Part shown: positions 27,841-39,543 of the stretch, in pieces
Layout of the letters: every line of letters starts with the position of its first letter
Numbering within the stretch: the stretch's first letter is position 1
From: Octopus sinensis
Lineage: Eukaryota
NCBI RefSeq assembly: GCF_006345805.1
Contig: NC_042997.1
Location: 163,618,001 to 163,682,000 of the forward strand
Direction: 5' to 3'
DNA length: 64,000 nucleotides
Translations under genes and position numbers: made by a program
The notes under the pieces: generated by a model
Seen by the model: only the letters and a program-made list of their open reading frames with translations
Told to the model about the DNA's origin: nothing
Database searches by the model: none

Positions 27841-30295
27841 GTTCCTAATCACTGTTTCATACAAGGTAAGGAGTGAGCTGGAAAAATTGGTAGTGTTAGA
27901 AAAAATACTTTGTAGTATTTGTTCTAGCACTTTACATTCTGTGTTCAAATCCCACCAAAGTTAACTTTGCTTTTCATCCTTTCAGAGTTGATAAGATAAA
28001 ATACCATTCAAGTACAGGGGTTGATGGTATCAAGTAAGCTTTTCTCCTCAAAGCTGCTGGCCTTGTTTTGCTGGCCTAAATCAGTAACCATTATTACTGT
28101 TTATACATTCATATGGAATAAAATGTCTTTCAAGACATGCTCAATTACCAAAGACAAACTCACATATACACTGTATCACACATATCATTCCTCACTCTAA
28201 TATTACACTGATCTGTAAGCAGATATTATCTTGCTTCTTTATTCTTTTTATTTCATTCTAGAGCCAAACTTATGGTATTTAGATCTAATAGGGTTGTGCA
28301 TAGTTGAAAGACTGCAGCTATTCTACCTAACAGGAAAATAATGGCAATTTACTGAATATACACTGAATTCCATTTATTAAATTACTTTTTTTTTTATAAT
28401 GGATTGAAAATAATTTACTTTTTCATATTTAATAATTAATATATTTTAGCCTGGGTAGGCACCACCTACCTTGCCTACTGAGTTGGCACATCTCTGACAT
28501 TAGATCTGTAAAACATTAACATAAAATGTCTTGATACATATATTTTGTGGTACAAGAAAAAGTAAGTAATCTAATTGTAAACTGTGTTCAAGGAAGATAG
28601 ACATTGGCTTTTATCAACCCTTTGAAATTAGACATTAATTCTTAAAAAAGTTAATTACACATGGCAAACTTAAACAAGTGCATGTTAACAGAATGGTTAA
28701 AGTATTGAACTTGGTCCAGTCTATATTCTACATTGTCCTGTACTTTTTTTTCTTCAGCCCTGTATTAATCCCACTTCAAAGTTCATTAGTTGGAAGCTAA
28801 TCTTAACAAGATCATTAGTTACAAAAGAATAGATGTAAATATTAATACTTTCCTAATTGATATGAACTTGGTATCTGTAGTGGCATCTACTTCTGTTAAA
28901 TATTCTTTTTCAGTTTTATATTCGTTTGTGCAAGTTTAAATCTTTAAGTTTCACTTTCCTAACAATTTCATCTGTTCAAAAATGTTTACAATTGTGTTAT
29001 AGAATGCATGTTTCTATTTCTTTAGACTAGAATTCATATGGTTTCATGTAATAAAAAAACCCCACAAAAAACACCTAATTGAAATATTTGTTATTTCTTA
29101 TTTTTTAATGGAGTTTCATCAACAAACTACTCTTGTTTTTATGAAACTTATGTAATAGTAATAGATTTTTACTTGTCTTTTTTTTTAACCTTAATAACAA
29201 AAGTGAGTTAATAAACTTTACATATATCAAATACAGCAAAAGTGCTATAAAGCTGCCAAAGATATATTTTCTTACCCCAAAGATAATAGAGCCTTTCTGT
29301 AACTTGTTTATCCACTTCTTACTGATGAACAATCTTCTCTTATACTTATCTATAAAATGATTGTTCTCGGGGATCTAAAACATTTCTGATTGGTAGTGTT
29401 TTGATATTTTGTTTATGTAATTTGTTTTGGAAAATTTTTTATCTGAAATTGCGTGCTGAAATGTGTTGTATCTTAGGAAGAATTATTTGCTATCACCAAT
29501 GACATTTCTAAGTTATTTCTGTTATTTAGACTCCCAGACAAACATCTAAGTTAAACAATAAAGATGTAGTATATACTCACACTTATAAAAACAAACACCT
29601 GTCCCAATAGTTATAGTGCAAAGGTATCTTTGTGTGCATCCTCTTCTTTAAAAATAGTGCTAATAATCTCTAATATTGGCATAACGCTTCGATTTTGGAA
29701 AAGGCATAAACTACGTTAACTCCAGTAGCTTACTGGTACTTGAAAGGATGAAAAGCAAAGTTGACAGTAAATCAGTTAATTTATTCAGATTCATCTTTGT
29801 TTTCTGAAAATTCCTTTTTGGTTTTTGTTCCTTGTAAGCAACTGTTAATTTTTTAAACCCAGGCCATATTGTCAATTTATGATAAGCCAACAGAAATCAG
29901 CACATCTTTCATATCATGTATAATCACTAGCTGTTTAACTTACAGCATTGGTTATATACCAATGAATAACAACACCTAGCAGGTGAAATCATCTAGTCAG
30001 TCTTCTTTGCAGAAAGGTATTACTTTCCATTGTTGGTCTAGTAGTACTTCTATTAAAAGCCACACTAAGTTGATGTATTGGTGCAAGAGTACAGTTCTGT
30101 TTGGGAACTGTGATAAACTTGTGAGTATACAGTATTGGATTGTGAAGCAAATTAAAATGTTCAGGGAAATGTGGCTTTGTTAATAACTTATTCTCGGCCA
30201 ATTTGTGATAAAATCAAATAATTTGTTCCTTTATGGGACTCATTCACATTCTCCCTGTGAAGCTTCTAAGGTAATTAAATTCATTAATGATTATA

Positions 30296-31493
30296 TTGGG
30301 TCATCCTATAAATAATGTGTTTTTTTTTAATACTTCTTTTATTTTTCAAAATTAAGATAAAAAAGTTCTTTATATAATCTAAAATATACTCTCCTTCATT
30401 TTCTACAATGCTCTTCCATCTATCTTCCAAAATTCACTTGTCCATAATGAAAAATACTCCTACAGTACTGTTCTTACCTCATCTACAGAATTCATATATT
30501 TTTGCCCAAATGATTTTGAAGAATGTGGAATAAATGATAATCAGATGGGGCAATGTCATCCTTCCTGTATGTGGCCGAGTATTATCCTGATGGAAAAACA
30601 CCTTTCGTCTTGAAACCAAAGATGGTCGTTTTTGTTCTAGTGCTGACTTAAGGTGATCAAGCTGCTTGCAGTAGATCTCTTTTGTTATTGTGTGGTTTAG
30701 GTTTAAAAGTTCAAAGTGGACTAAACCTTTCATATCCCAACAAACATATAACAACACCTTATGTGAAAGAAAATCTTCTTTAGCCTGGGGTGCTGGTGTT
30801 TCTCCTTTTCCTACCCATTATCTTCAACACTTGACATCTTTATAGAGAACCCATTTCTCGTCACCAGTCACTATTCGGTCCAAAAAAAGTTCATTCGTGA
30901 GACATGACAGCAAAGAAGAGCACACATTTACTCACTGTGTGCAATTAAGCTTGGAAAGTTTGTGAGGAACCCATTGACCCAATTTTCTGACTTTTCCGAT
31001 GGCATGCAGTTGTCGATGAATGGTTGAATGACCAAATTCGATTGTCTCTGCTAGTTCCTCAACAGTTACAATGGGATTTTGTTTCACCAGGGTTTGCAGG
31101 ATGTCCTCGTCAAGCTCTACATATCTTCTAGGAAGAGGCTTGTCTTCTTGGCTGTAGTTTTTGGTTTCTAATTTCTGGAACCACAATTGACACTGGCTTA
31201 TGCTTATTGTCCAATCCTCATATACTGCATTAATATTCCTCGCACTTTCCATTGCATTGTTGCCTTTATTAAACTCATAAAGCAAAATATGCCAAATATG
31301 CTCCTTTGTCACTTCCATTACAGCTTTGAAAAAATAACTGCTAAAATCAAACTGTACTCTTCAAAACTTGCACAGAATAAATACAAGGTAAAATTACTAC
31401 CTGCTTTTATAGCAAGTTGATGCAGGTAGTTTATCCCATCCGACTTTTAGTTCATGCAATTGAAAAAACTGCATTAATTATGGGATGACCCAG
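30296..31493 (-). mobile_element. Mariner (DD34D) DNA transposon A, full-length but decayed
   Basis: TIRs ttgggtcatcctataaataatg / cattaattatgggatgacccag with TA on both sides. Transposase pieces MEVTKEHIWHILLYEF...WVPHKL, HQDNTRPH and PSDYHLF. Confidence 0.9.
30376..31318 (-). pseudogene. Mariner transposase pseudogene A
   Basis: Track ORFs 30932-31318 and 30479-30757; frameshifts, and an internal deletion before PSDYH. Confidence 0.85.
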
Positions 31494-31835
31494 TAGCTAT
31501 TAGGATATAAAGGAAAGCTTAATTCCCCACTCCCCCCAAAAATGCCAATATCATTGAGGCACTTTTTTTATTGTCGTATCAGTTTCAGTCATTAGACTGT
31601 CACCATGCTGAAATACTGCCCTCAAGAGAAATAAGTCCTGATTGATGCCATTACTTATTTTAGTTTGGAACTTATTCTATCAGTCTATAATTAATCTAGT
31701 GGCCAAGGTACCTTTATGACATACCAGTTTTAAGTGATAGTGTTATATCAAACCTATAAACAACAAACATGGACACATGCACACATACATGCACATACAT
31801 TATACACATCCAAACACATCCACAAACACACTATA

Positions 31836-33077
31836 TCAGGTTGAATAAAAAGTAAGCAACGTTTTGAAATATGAAGAATTTGTACTGGATTTTTGCAGAG
31901 CTTTGAAAAAAAAAAAAAATTTTCATTACAGTTGTCTAATGCCCAAATGCATCAATAAATTAACATTGATATTTTTCTCACTCTTGTTACAATCCACCTG
32001 AAATGGAACTGTCAAATCGTGATATTTGAGCAATATTGCTATTCAACTTCAAAAGAGGAAGTAAAGCAGTTGAAATTGCTTGTGACATCAATGAAATGTT
32101 TGGTGAGGAATTGACCAGTGAGTGGTCAGCTCGAAAATGGTTTTAAAAGACCTGAGACTTGAAGATCATGAGTGAAGTGGATGCCCATCTGTCATCCATG
32201 ATGGTCAATTAAAGACCATAATTGAGAAATCCATGTAAAACCACTTGGGAACTGGCAAAAGAACTTCAAGTTAGCCAGAAAACTACCTGCAACCATTTGC
32301 ATGCAATTAGAAAATCAAAAAAGCTCAACAAACGAGTACCACACGATTTGAATGAAAATCAGAAAATGCGCAGATATGAAATTTGCTCATTGCTTCTTCT
32401 CCATAACCAGACCGACTAATTTCTTGACCATAGTGTAACTTGCGATGAAAAGTGGATTCTGTACAATAATAAAGAACATTCTTTGCAGTTGTTGGACCAA
32501 AATGAAGCACCAAAAACCTTCCTTAAATCCGAGCTCTTCAAAAAGAAGGTTATGGTGACTGTTTGGTGGTGTACTGCTGAATTCATCCACTATAACTTTT
32601 TAAAACCCAGAAAAACCATTACTGCAGAAGCATTGCCATGAAATTGCCAAAATCAATGAAAAACTGTTACTCCTCTATCCCAGACTGGTCAACAGAAGCA
32701 GGCCAATAATTCTTCATGACAATGCTTGACCTTACGTTTCACTAATGATGCTCCAGAAGTTGAGGGAACTTGGCTACAAAGTTCTTCCCCACCCAGCTTA
32801 TTCCCCAGACCTTTCTCCTACCGACTACCACTTTTTCAAGCACCATGATGTTTTCCTGTGAGAGAATGAGTTACCGATGTTGAAAGCGTGTTCAAAGAGC
32901 TCATCAGCTCCAGAACTCCAGATATTTATGTTCCCGGAATAAACAAACTTGTAACTCATTGCAAAAATGTGTTGATTCTAATGGTACTTACTTTGATGAA
33001 TAAAATTTCTGCATTGTTGAAATATATTGTGATGAATTTCATGTTTCAAAATGTAGCTTACTTTTTACTCAGCCTGA
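31836..33077 (+). mobile_element. Mariner (DD34D) DNA transposon B, different family, full-length but decayed
   Basis: ~40-bp TIRs tcaggttgaataaaaagtaagcaacgttttgaaatatgaa / ttcatgtttcaaaatgtagcttactttttactcagcctga, TA on both flanks. Motifs RVPHDL, IVTCDEKWILYNN and YSPDLSPTDYH. Confidence 0.9.
32003..33003 (+). pseudogene. Mariner transposase pseudogene B
   Basis: ATG at 32003 (MELSNRDI*AILLFNFKRG), multiple stops and frameshifts, ending YFDE*. Confidence 0.85.
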
Positions 33078-33400
33078 TATATATAGTTTGCCTCAAGTGT
33101 GTGATGAGTTTCCTCACAGTTTTCATATGCCTATAGACAGAAACTGTGTGGAAGCCTGTTTTATATCACAAAACACCTGTGCCCTCTGCCCCTACCACTC
33201 TCCTTTCCTTCCACATGTGGCCAAGTATGATCTTTCTTTCGTGGCTTGACTGCCATCCGTGAAGCATTACATTCCTGTCTCATGGCTTCCCTCTCTTATG
33301 TTCATCTTCTATGTTCCTGCCTCAGAACTTTCACTCTACAGACCTAAGCTCAACTTGGTGCATCCTTGTTGATCAAAAGACACCTATTGTTAATTTCTTG

Positions 33401-33712
33401 TTATTACCTCCACCTTAGCGAAGGTGGTATTGTTTCCAGTTCTGTTTGTTTGTTTGTCTGTGGACAAGATATCTCAAGAACTGCTGGATGGATTCGGATG
33501 AAACTTTCAGGGACGTTTGGCCTTGTGACTGGCATGAACTGATTAGATTTTAGGATCGATCTGGTACTGAACAAGGATTCTGGATTATTTTTCTTGTTTT
33601 TTTACTTAATTTTTGAGAGCAGTTAGGTTCATTTTTAGTAGAGTTTATTTCAGATTTTCTCATTTTAAAAATCATCTCTGGCTAATTGTTGAGAGGATAA
33701 GTGCTCTTGTTT
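33401..33712 (+). mobile_element. Helentron/DINE-1-like (HINE) non-autonomous repeat, tentative
   Basis: Starts TTATTACCTCC, has a perfect hairpin CCACCTT-AGCG-AAGGTGG (33410-33427), then (GTTT)n and a ggatggattcggatgaaacttt block. The resemblance is recalled, not searched. Confidence 0.4.
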
Positions 33713-35859
33713 ATATAGGTAATTGTGTAACTTTTTCTTCATTTTTTTTCGTCCTTGTTGTCGTACACATTCGCTTACTTTCTCCCCCAAAATTTAATGC
33801 TTGTAGCTTAGATTTTTGCAGCCAGCCAGATTTGAACAGTCTCAAGTGTAACTGGCTAAAACTGTTATGATTGTCTGGATACTTGACTGATGAGAGATTG
33901 CTGTGAATGGCTTGTCCCTGTTTTTTTCTGTCTGTCTTATTGTTTTTCCTGTCCATCTTTTTATTGTCTATCTGTCCAGTTGTTTTATTGTTGTCTTTTG
34001 TGTTCTTGTTCCATGTTTTGGATTTATATATATATATATGCTTACATACATACATATATATATATATGTATATATGTATGTGTGTGTGTATATATATATG
34101 TATGTATGTATATATATATATGTATATGTGTGTGTATACACACACACACATATGACCATTGTCATCTTCATCATCTGCTTCCCATGCTGGCATGGCAGAG
34201 ACAGTTTGACTAGAACTGGTAAGCTGGAGAGCTGTACCAGGTTCCAGTCTGATTTAGCTTGATTTCTATAGCTGGATGCCCCTCCTAACACTGGAATGGT
34301 TGCTGCAGAGACAATTATGATGGATGTGGTTTCCTAGTGTTAATTGTGAATACTTCATGGGATGTTTGGTTTAACTATTTGTCTGTTCTTGTATAACTGA
34401 GATTTAATTATTTGTTCATGCATGGTTGAGATTAGTATTTAGCTGTGTCTGGTGTGCTTTGATAAGTATACTGTCATCTGGTCAGATTGTTTTGTTATGT
34501 TATTATTATTTGTTTATGTTATTTGTATAATCTATTCAGTATTAATGTCATTAACATGAGAATGTCATTTATGCTGAGGAGAATAGGTGTTAAAGCAAAT
34601 ATTTGACATGTTTGCTTATCACAAGTTGATAACAAGAATTCTTTCTTGTTAATCTAATAATTCTATTGTTGTTTATTGTATGGAGTCCACATCATTGCTG
34701 ATCAAGCTGACCTATTATAAAATAGGTTCTTACCATGACTGTCCTACCTATTTTTTCAGGTATAATGTACCATTGATGATATTATCAAATATGTATATAC
34801 TTTTTTAATGACACTGGAATGTGCTTTGAGAGATTTGACTACTATTTCTAGAAAGTTGAGTGACCATGTAGAAGCATCGTCAACAGCTTTTAATAATTAT
34901 ATTTAATTCGATATATATGTGAAGGAAATTTCTTCTATTTAACTCGTTCCATATGATTGGTGGGTTGTAAAAGAGATTGAGCAGATAAAGGATTATGTTA
35001 GAGGATAATAAGCTATATGCTATATTTATATGTGATCTCAAATTAAATACTTTATGGTATCTTGTTCAAGTAACTAATCTTGGTAGGTTTGACAAGGGCT
35101 TTTGGTTTTCAGTGGATACATTAGTTCTTGAGTTATGTCATTTAGCTATGTTCTTCCATTTACTGTGTGTAGTTGAAAAAAAAATTATGGTATAATGATG
35201 TTTGTAGTTATTCAAATAGTTTTACTATTTATTTTATAATTTTTTCTCCCTTCATTTGTGTAAATAGATGAATTTTGAGTTTTCTGTGCGAACGTCTTAT
35301 ACAAGTTTCAATATCATACTTATTTCAAAGTTGCTCTTGAATATTTTCTTGAAATTTGGGAAGTATTTCATAATTTAAATTTTTTTTATTGGTTTGGTCT
35401 TGAAGAAGAGTCTGTTCCCAAGGCCTTTGCAGGTACTCCAAAACTGGTAACTGATAATCATTTTATCATTTGAAGCTTACTAAGGCAGCAAAATAATGGA
35501 ATTATTACATGTTCTGTGGCATTTATTCAGGCCCTTTATATTCTGAATTCAAATCACATCTGGGTAAACTTAGCCTTTCCTCTTTTTGGAGGTTGATAGA
35601 ATAAATCACCACTTGAGTCAATAGTATTGACTTAACTCCTCCTCTCAAAATGTTTGGCCTTGTGCCTAAATCAGAAATCATTATTTGAAGCTTACTGATT
35701 AGAGGTTTACTTTTGCAACTTGTCTGTTCTGTATTTCAGCAAAGTTAGCAACCAATTAACAATTACTAGATTACTTTTGTAATATACAATTAAAAATACC
35801 AGCTAAACATTTATCTATGTATTTGTTTTTACATTTTATCACTCTGTTTTACTTTTCAG

Positions 35860-35885
35860 ATTCTGAGGAAAGAGAAGCTTCAGAA
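35860..35885 (+). CDS. SVIL: 26-nt coding micro-exon (DSEEREASE); phase 1 in, phase 0 out
   Basis: ctctgttttacttttcag|ATTCTGAGGAAAGAGAAGCTTCAGAA|gtaagt. It exactly bridges the phase 1 end of exon 17621-18075 to the phase 0 start of exon 39544. Confidence 0.7.
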
Positions 35886-36119
35886 GTAAGTAATCTTGCC
35901 TTTTCTAATTTCATATTAAGTCCTCTTATGCAGGATATTCATTTTAAATCAAATTTTTGTTGTATAAATGAAATTTTAATTTGAATCTGTAGATTTTAAA
36001 TCTTTTCTTTCTGTTGTGTCTTTTTCTGCATTTAGTTCTTTACTTTGTTTAGAAAAGCACAGTGATGATGATAAAGAAGTGCTAACTTTTATTTCTGCAT
36101 ATAGACTTAAGCTTCAACT

Positions 36120-36720
36120 TAGATCCTTCCACATTGTGAAATTCATAATCTTCCTCCAGTGTGGTTGATCTACAGTTGTTCCTGCACCTGCAGGTCCTTG
36201 TACATTGAGGTATTCTTAGAATGTCCAGTTCCAAGTGCTCTTGACTCTTTTCCTATTATCTTTCTTCCAGTGTTTATGTTAGTGCCATATTTACATGTTG
36301 AGTAATTGGCAGATGCAAATGTGACCATGATTTTTTACAGTGGCTGAGATTTAATTCATAGAGGGGATTTTCTCAATTGAAGTCTGTCCCACCAGCTGAC
36401 TCTGATGATTTTCATTAGACATCATTGATACAATATGTCTAACTTCTTGGCCAACTTCAACATTTTTTATGTATCACAACCATATAGAACCATCAGCAGA
36501 ACTAAAGCCATATTTTCATGTCAGCATTTATGCTGTTTGTCAGCAAGATTTAATGCAGTTTCTGAAATATGGTCTGTGTTTTGCCAATTCTGCTATTTAC
36601 ATTACTTTCTAGGCTTACATCACTACTGATTACACAGCCTAGACAAGAGAAATTGTCCACATTTTCCATATCTACTGCCTGATAAAGAAGGCATGATGGT
36701 TTGTGGTTTTAATCTGCATT
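36120..36720 (-). mobile_element. Old RTE-like LINE RT remnant
   Basis: Minus strand reads ENVDNFSCLGCVISSD...NSRIGKT and MVLYGCDT*, matching VDxFxYLGS...RIxKA...LLYGCETW. Confidence 0.55.
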
Positions 36721-36747
36721 CTCATACACACACACACACACACACAC

Positions 36748-36780
<33 letters not shown>

Positions 36781-37369
36781 TTAATGTCCACTTTCCATGC
36801 TGCCATGGGTAGGATGGTTTGACAAGGAATGGTGAGCTGCAGGATTACATTGAGCTCTAATGTCAACTTTGGCATGACTTCTATTGCTGGATGCCCTTCC
36901 TAATGCCAACCACTTTCCAGAGAATATACTGAGTGCTTTTTTCATGCTACTTGCACTAGTGAGATTGCTGTGTAACTTGTATGATAGCAAAGAACAGAGT
37001 AAAAATAAAAGGAAAAAGCTCCTACTATTAAGAGGGAATATTTGGGATAGAAAGGTGGTGATGGGTGGCTGTATGCCAGGTGTTGAAAGGGAGAAGCATA
37101 GGTATTTTGTTATAGAGGAGATAAGGCAAAGATGATGATGGGATGCTAGAGCAAACTCTCAAGGAACAAGAAGATGAACATAAGAAGAGACATGCACAGT
37201 GGATCATGGAAGGGGATGAGAGAGTGGATGCTTTAAGAGTGTGAGGAGGGAGTAAACAGGTGGAGGTTGAGGTTAATGTTAAATTTTTGGAGGGGATAAA
37301 ATGTAATATGTGTTATATTGCCCTTAGGTGAGTACAACAACTGCTTAGTACCACAAATAATGGGGAAGA

Positions 37370-37800
37370 AATGCTTGATGTGTCAGGGAATGGTGTGAGT
37401 GGTGACAGGGCTTTAATGCATACAAACATAATTGGGTGGATTTGGGATGCAATTTTTGTTGTAATGAGTCATCCTGAGCACAGTAAAACACCACTCATCT
37501 TGGTCCTTTGTCATCTCCATAGGGCTCAACATCTTGAAATCAGCCTTCAGTACTTCACCCCATGTCTTCCTGGGTCTCGCTCAACCATGAGTTTCATCCA
37601 ATTGAAGCAATTGACACTTATTTATGCAACTGTTGTCATCCACACCACATCACATGTAGTCATCTCTCTTGCATGCTACATATAATTCCTCTGATGACTT
37701 ACATTTTTCTCAATACAGTTGCACTTTATCATACAGGCACACTAACACTGCACATCTAGTGGAGTGTACTGACTCCGTTCCTGCATTCAGCATCCACATA
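37370..37800 (-). mobile_element. RTE-clade LINE RT C-terminal remnant
   Basis: Minus strand encodes RPRKTWGEVLKADFK and an upstream MQER...-like block. Confidence 0.6.
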
Positions 37801-37816
37801 CACGTGTGTGCACACA

Positions 37817-37848
<32 letters not shown>

Positions 37849-39543
37849 TGTACATACATGTGTGTGTGTGTTTCGCAGTAGAGGAGGAACATGTCTACCT
37901 CAGGTGGAGAGAAATATAAGGTGATGATGTGACCAGTATATACCCAAGTTACAGGAAGGTGTATATGGTGAAGTGGACTGAGGATGGGAGGGGTGAGTGG
38001 GTGGATAAATTCTGAGGTTGCAAAACAGAGTGGGAGATAGAGGAGGGAATTTAGTGAGTAGGCACAGGTAGAGAGAGGAGGTATTAGGAGAATATGTTGT
38101 GGGGAAGATACACACAAATGTTCTCAGTTTTATTAAGTGGTAAGGAAAGAAAACAAAATGTTTAATTTTAGAGAATACATTACTTTTAGTATTGGTGTGA
38201 ACTAAGAAAAGAAAAAATGCATGTGCTTAGCTAGTTATTAGAATGGAAATGAATCAGAAAATATAATGATGAAAATTAAATTATTCTATTTATTACTAGC
38301 TTATTTCAGATTTGTATTGACTATTATTAGCATAAGCCTAAGTTATCAATAGTATAAAAATACTAAATATTTACCGAACTTTATATTTTAGCTTCTTCTG
38401 CAACTATTATAAAAATGATTTCCAAATTAGAAATTGTTGCATTTTCCAAATTAGCTGTGTCAGATTGTTATTATTTACGTTTATTACTTGTTTCTAATTC
38501 GTTACATTACTCAGGTGTTTATCTATTTCTAAAATTTATTCAAACCGTCAAATCTTGGATTATTCACATTAATTTTCCTATCTGGTACCTAATATTAAAC
38601 TGTATTTACTATATAAGATACCATTTTTTGTTGCAGAAATGTGATAAATACATTTGTTTTTTATATTTATCTGTTAGCTACAAATACAATGCTGTTTTGT
38701 TTGGTTCAAAATATTTAAGGCCAAAGCGGATGGGATTGGCTTGTAACCTGTTGAGATATTTCTAGGGAGGAAAGATTTAGTATACATTCATTTAGGTTAC
38801 TTTGGTTTTCCTTGAAGCATTGTAAATTTACTGTCGTAGAAGAAAACAGGCAAGTGAGGTTGTATTACAGTCTATTAAAGATATACGCGTTTTAATGTTT
38901 TTTTTTTTATAAATGTTTCCTTACAACTGTCGAGTTATATATATTTAACTTGTACAGCAAAGTTTATATTTGTTTTATGAACTAAAAGGACACTATGTAG
39001 CTAAAGTATATTATTCCCATTGCTTAACTGTCATATTTCTTTCTATTTTATGTAATCTTTCATTGGAATAGATTGTATCTATATTTTGTTTTTACAACTT
39101 AATACTGATGAGAATAGAACTGAAAAGTGTGTTTATTTTCTGTCCTTTATATTTTAAATGTTAGTTGTAATTGTGTTAGTAATAATGAGTTGCTGAGGTT
39201 AATGAATGTGAATTTGCTTCTAGCACCTGGGTGATGGTGCTTTTTAATATACAAATAACTTCTCACCAGAACAACCAGTGTGTAACTCATTAAAGGATCT
39301 TGCCCTTCTTTGTTTCATAGATCTAGCATTTATTCATTCTCTCTCTGTTAGTGTTTTGTATATTCTCAAAGAGGATAATTTAATTGTATATTTTGTAAAC
39401 TTTATCATTTATTTTATTAAATACTATCGACTATCTTTTAAAAGTTTATCTGTATATAATGATATTCTGTGGCCACAGTTCAGTGGCTGGAGCTGGTACA
39501 AGAATATTAATTTTGGAAACTTTTTTTTTCTTTTAACTTTCAG

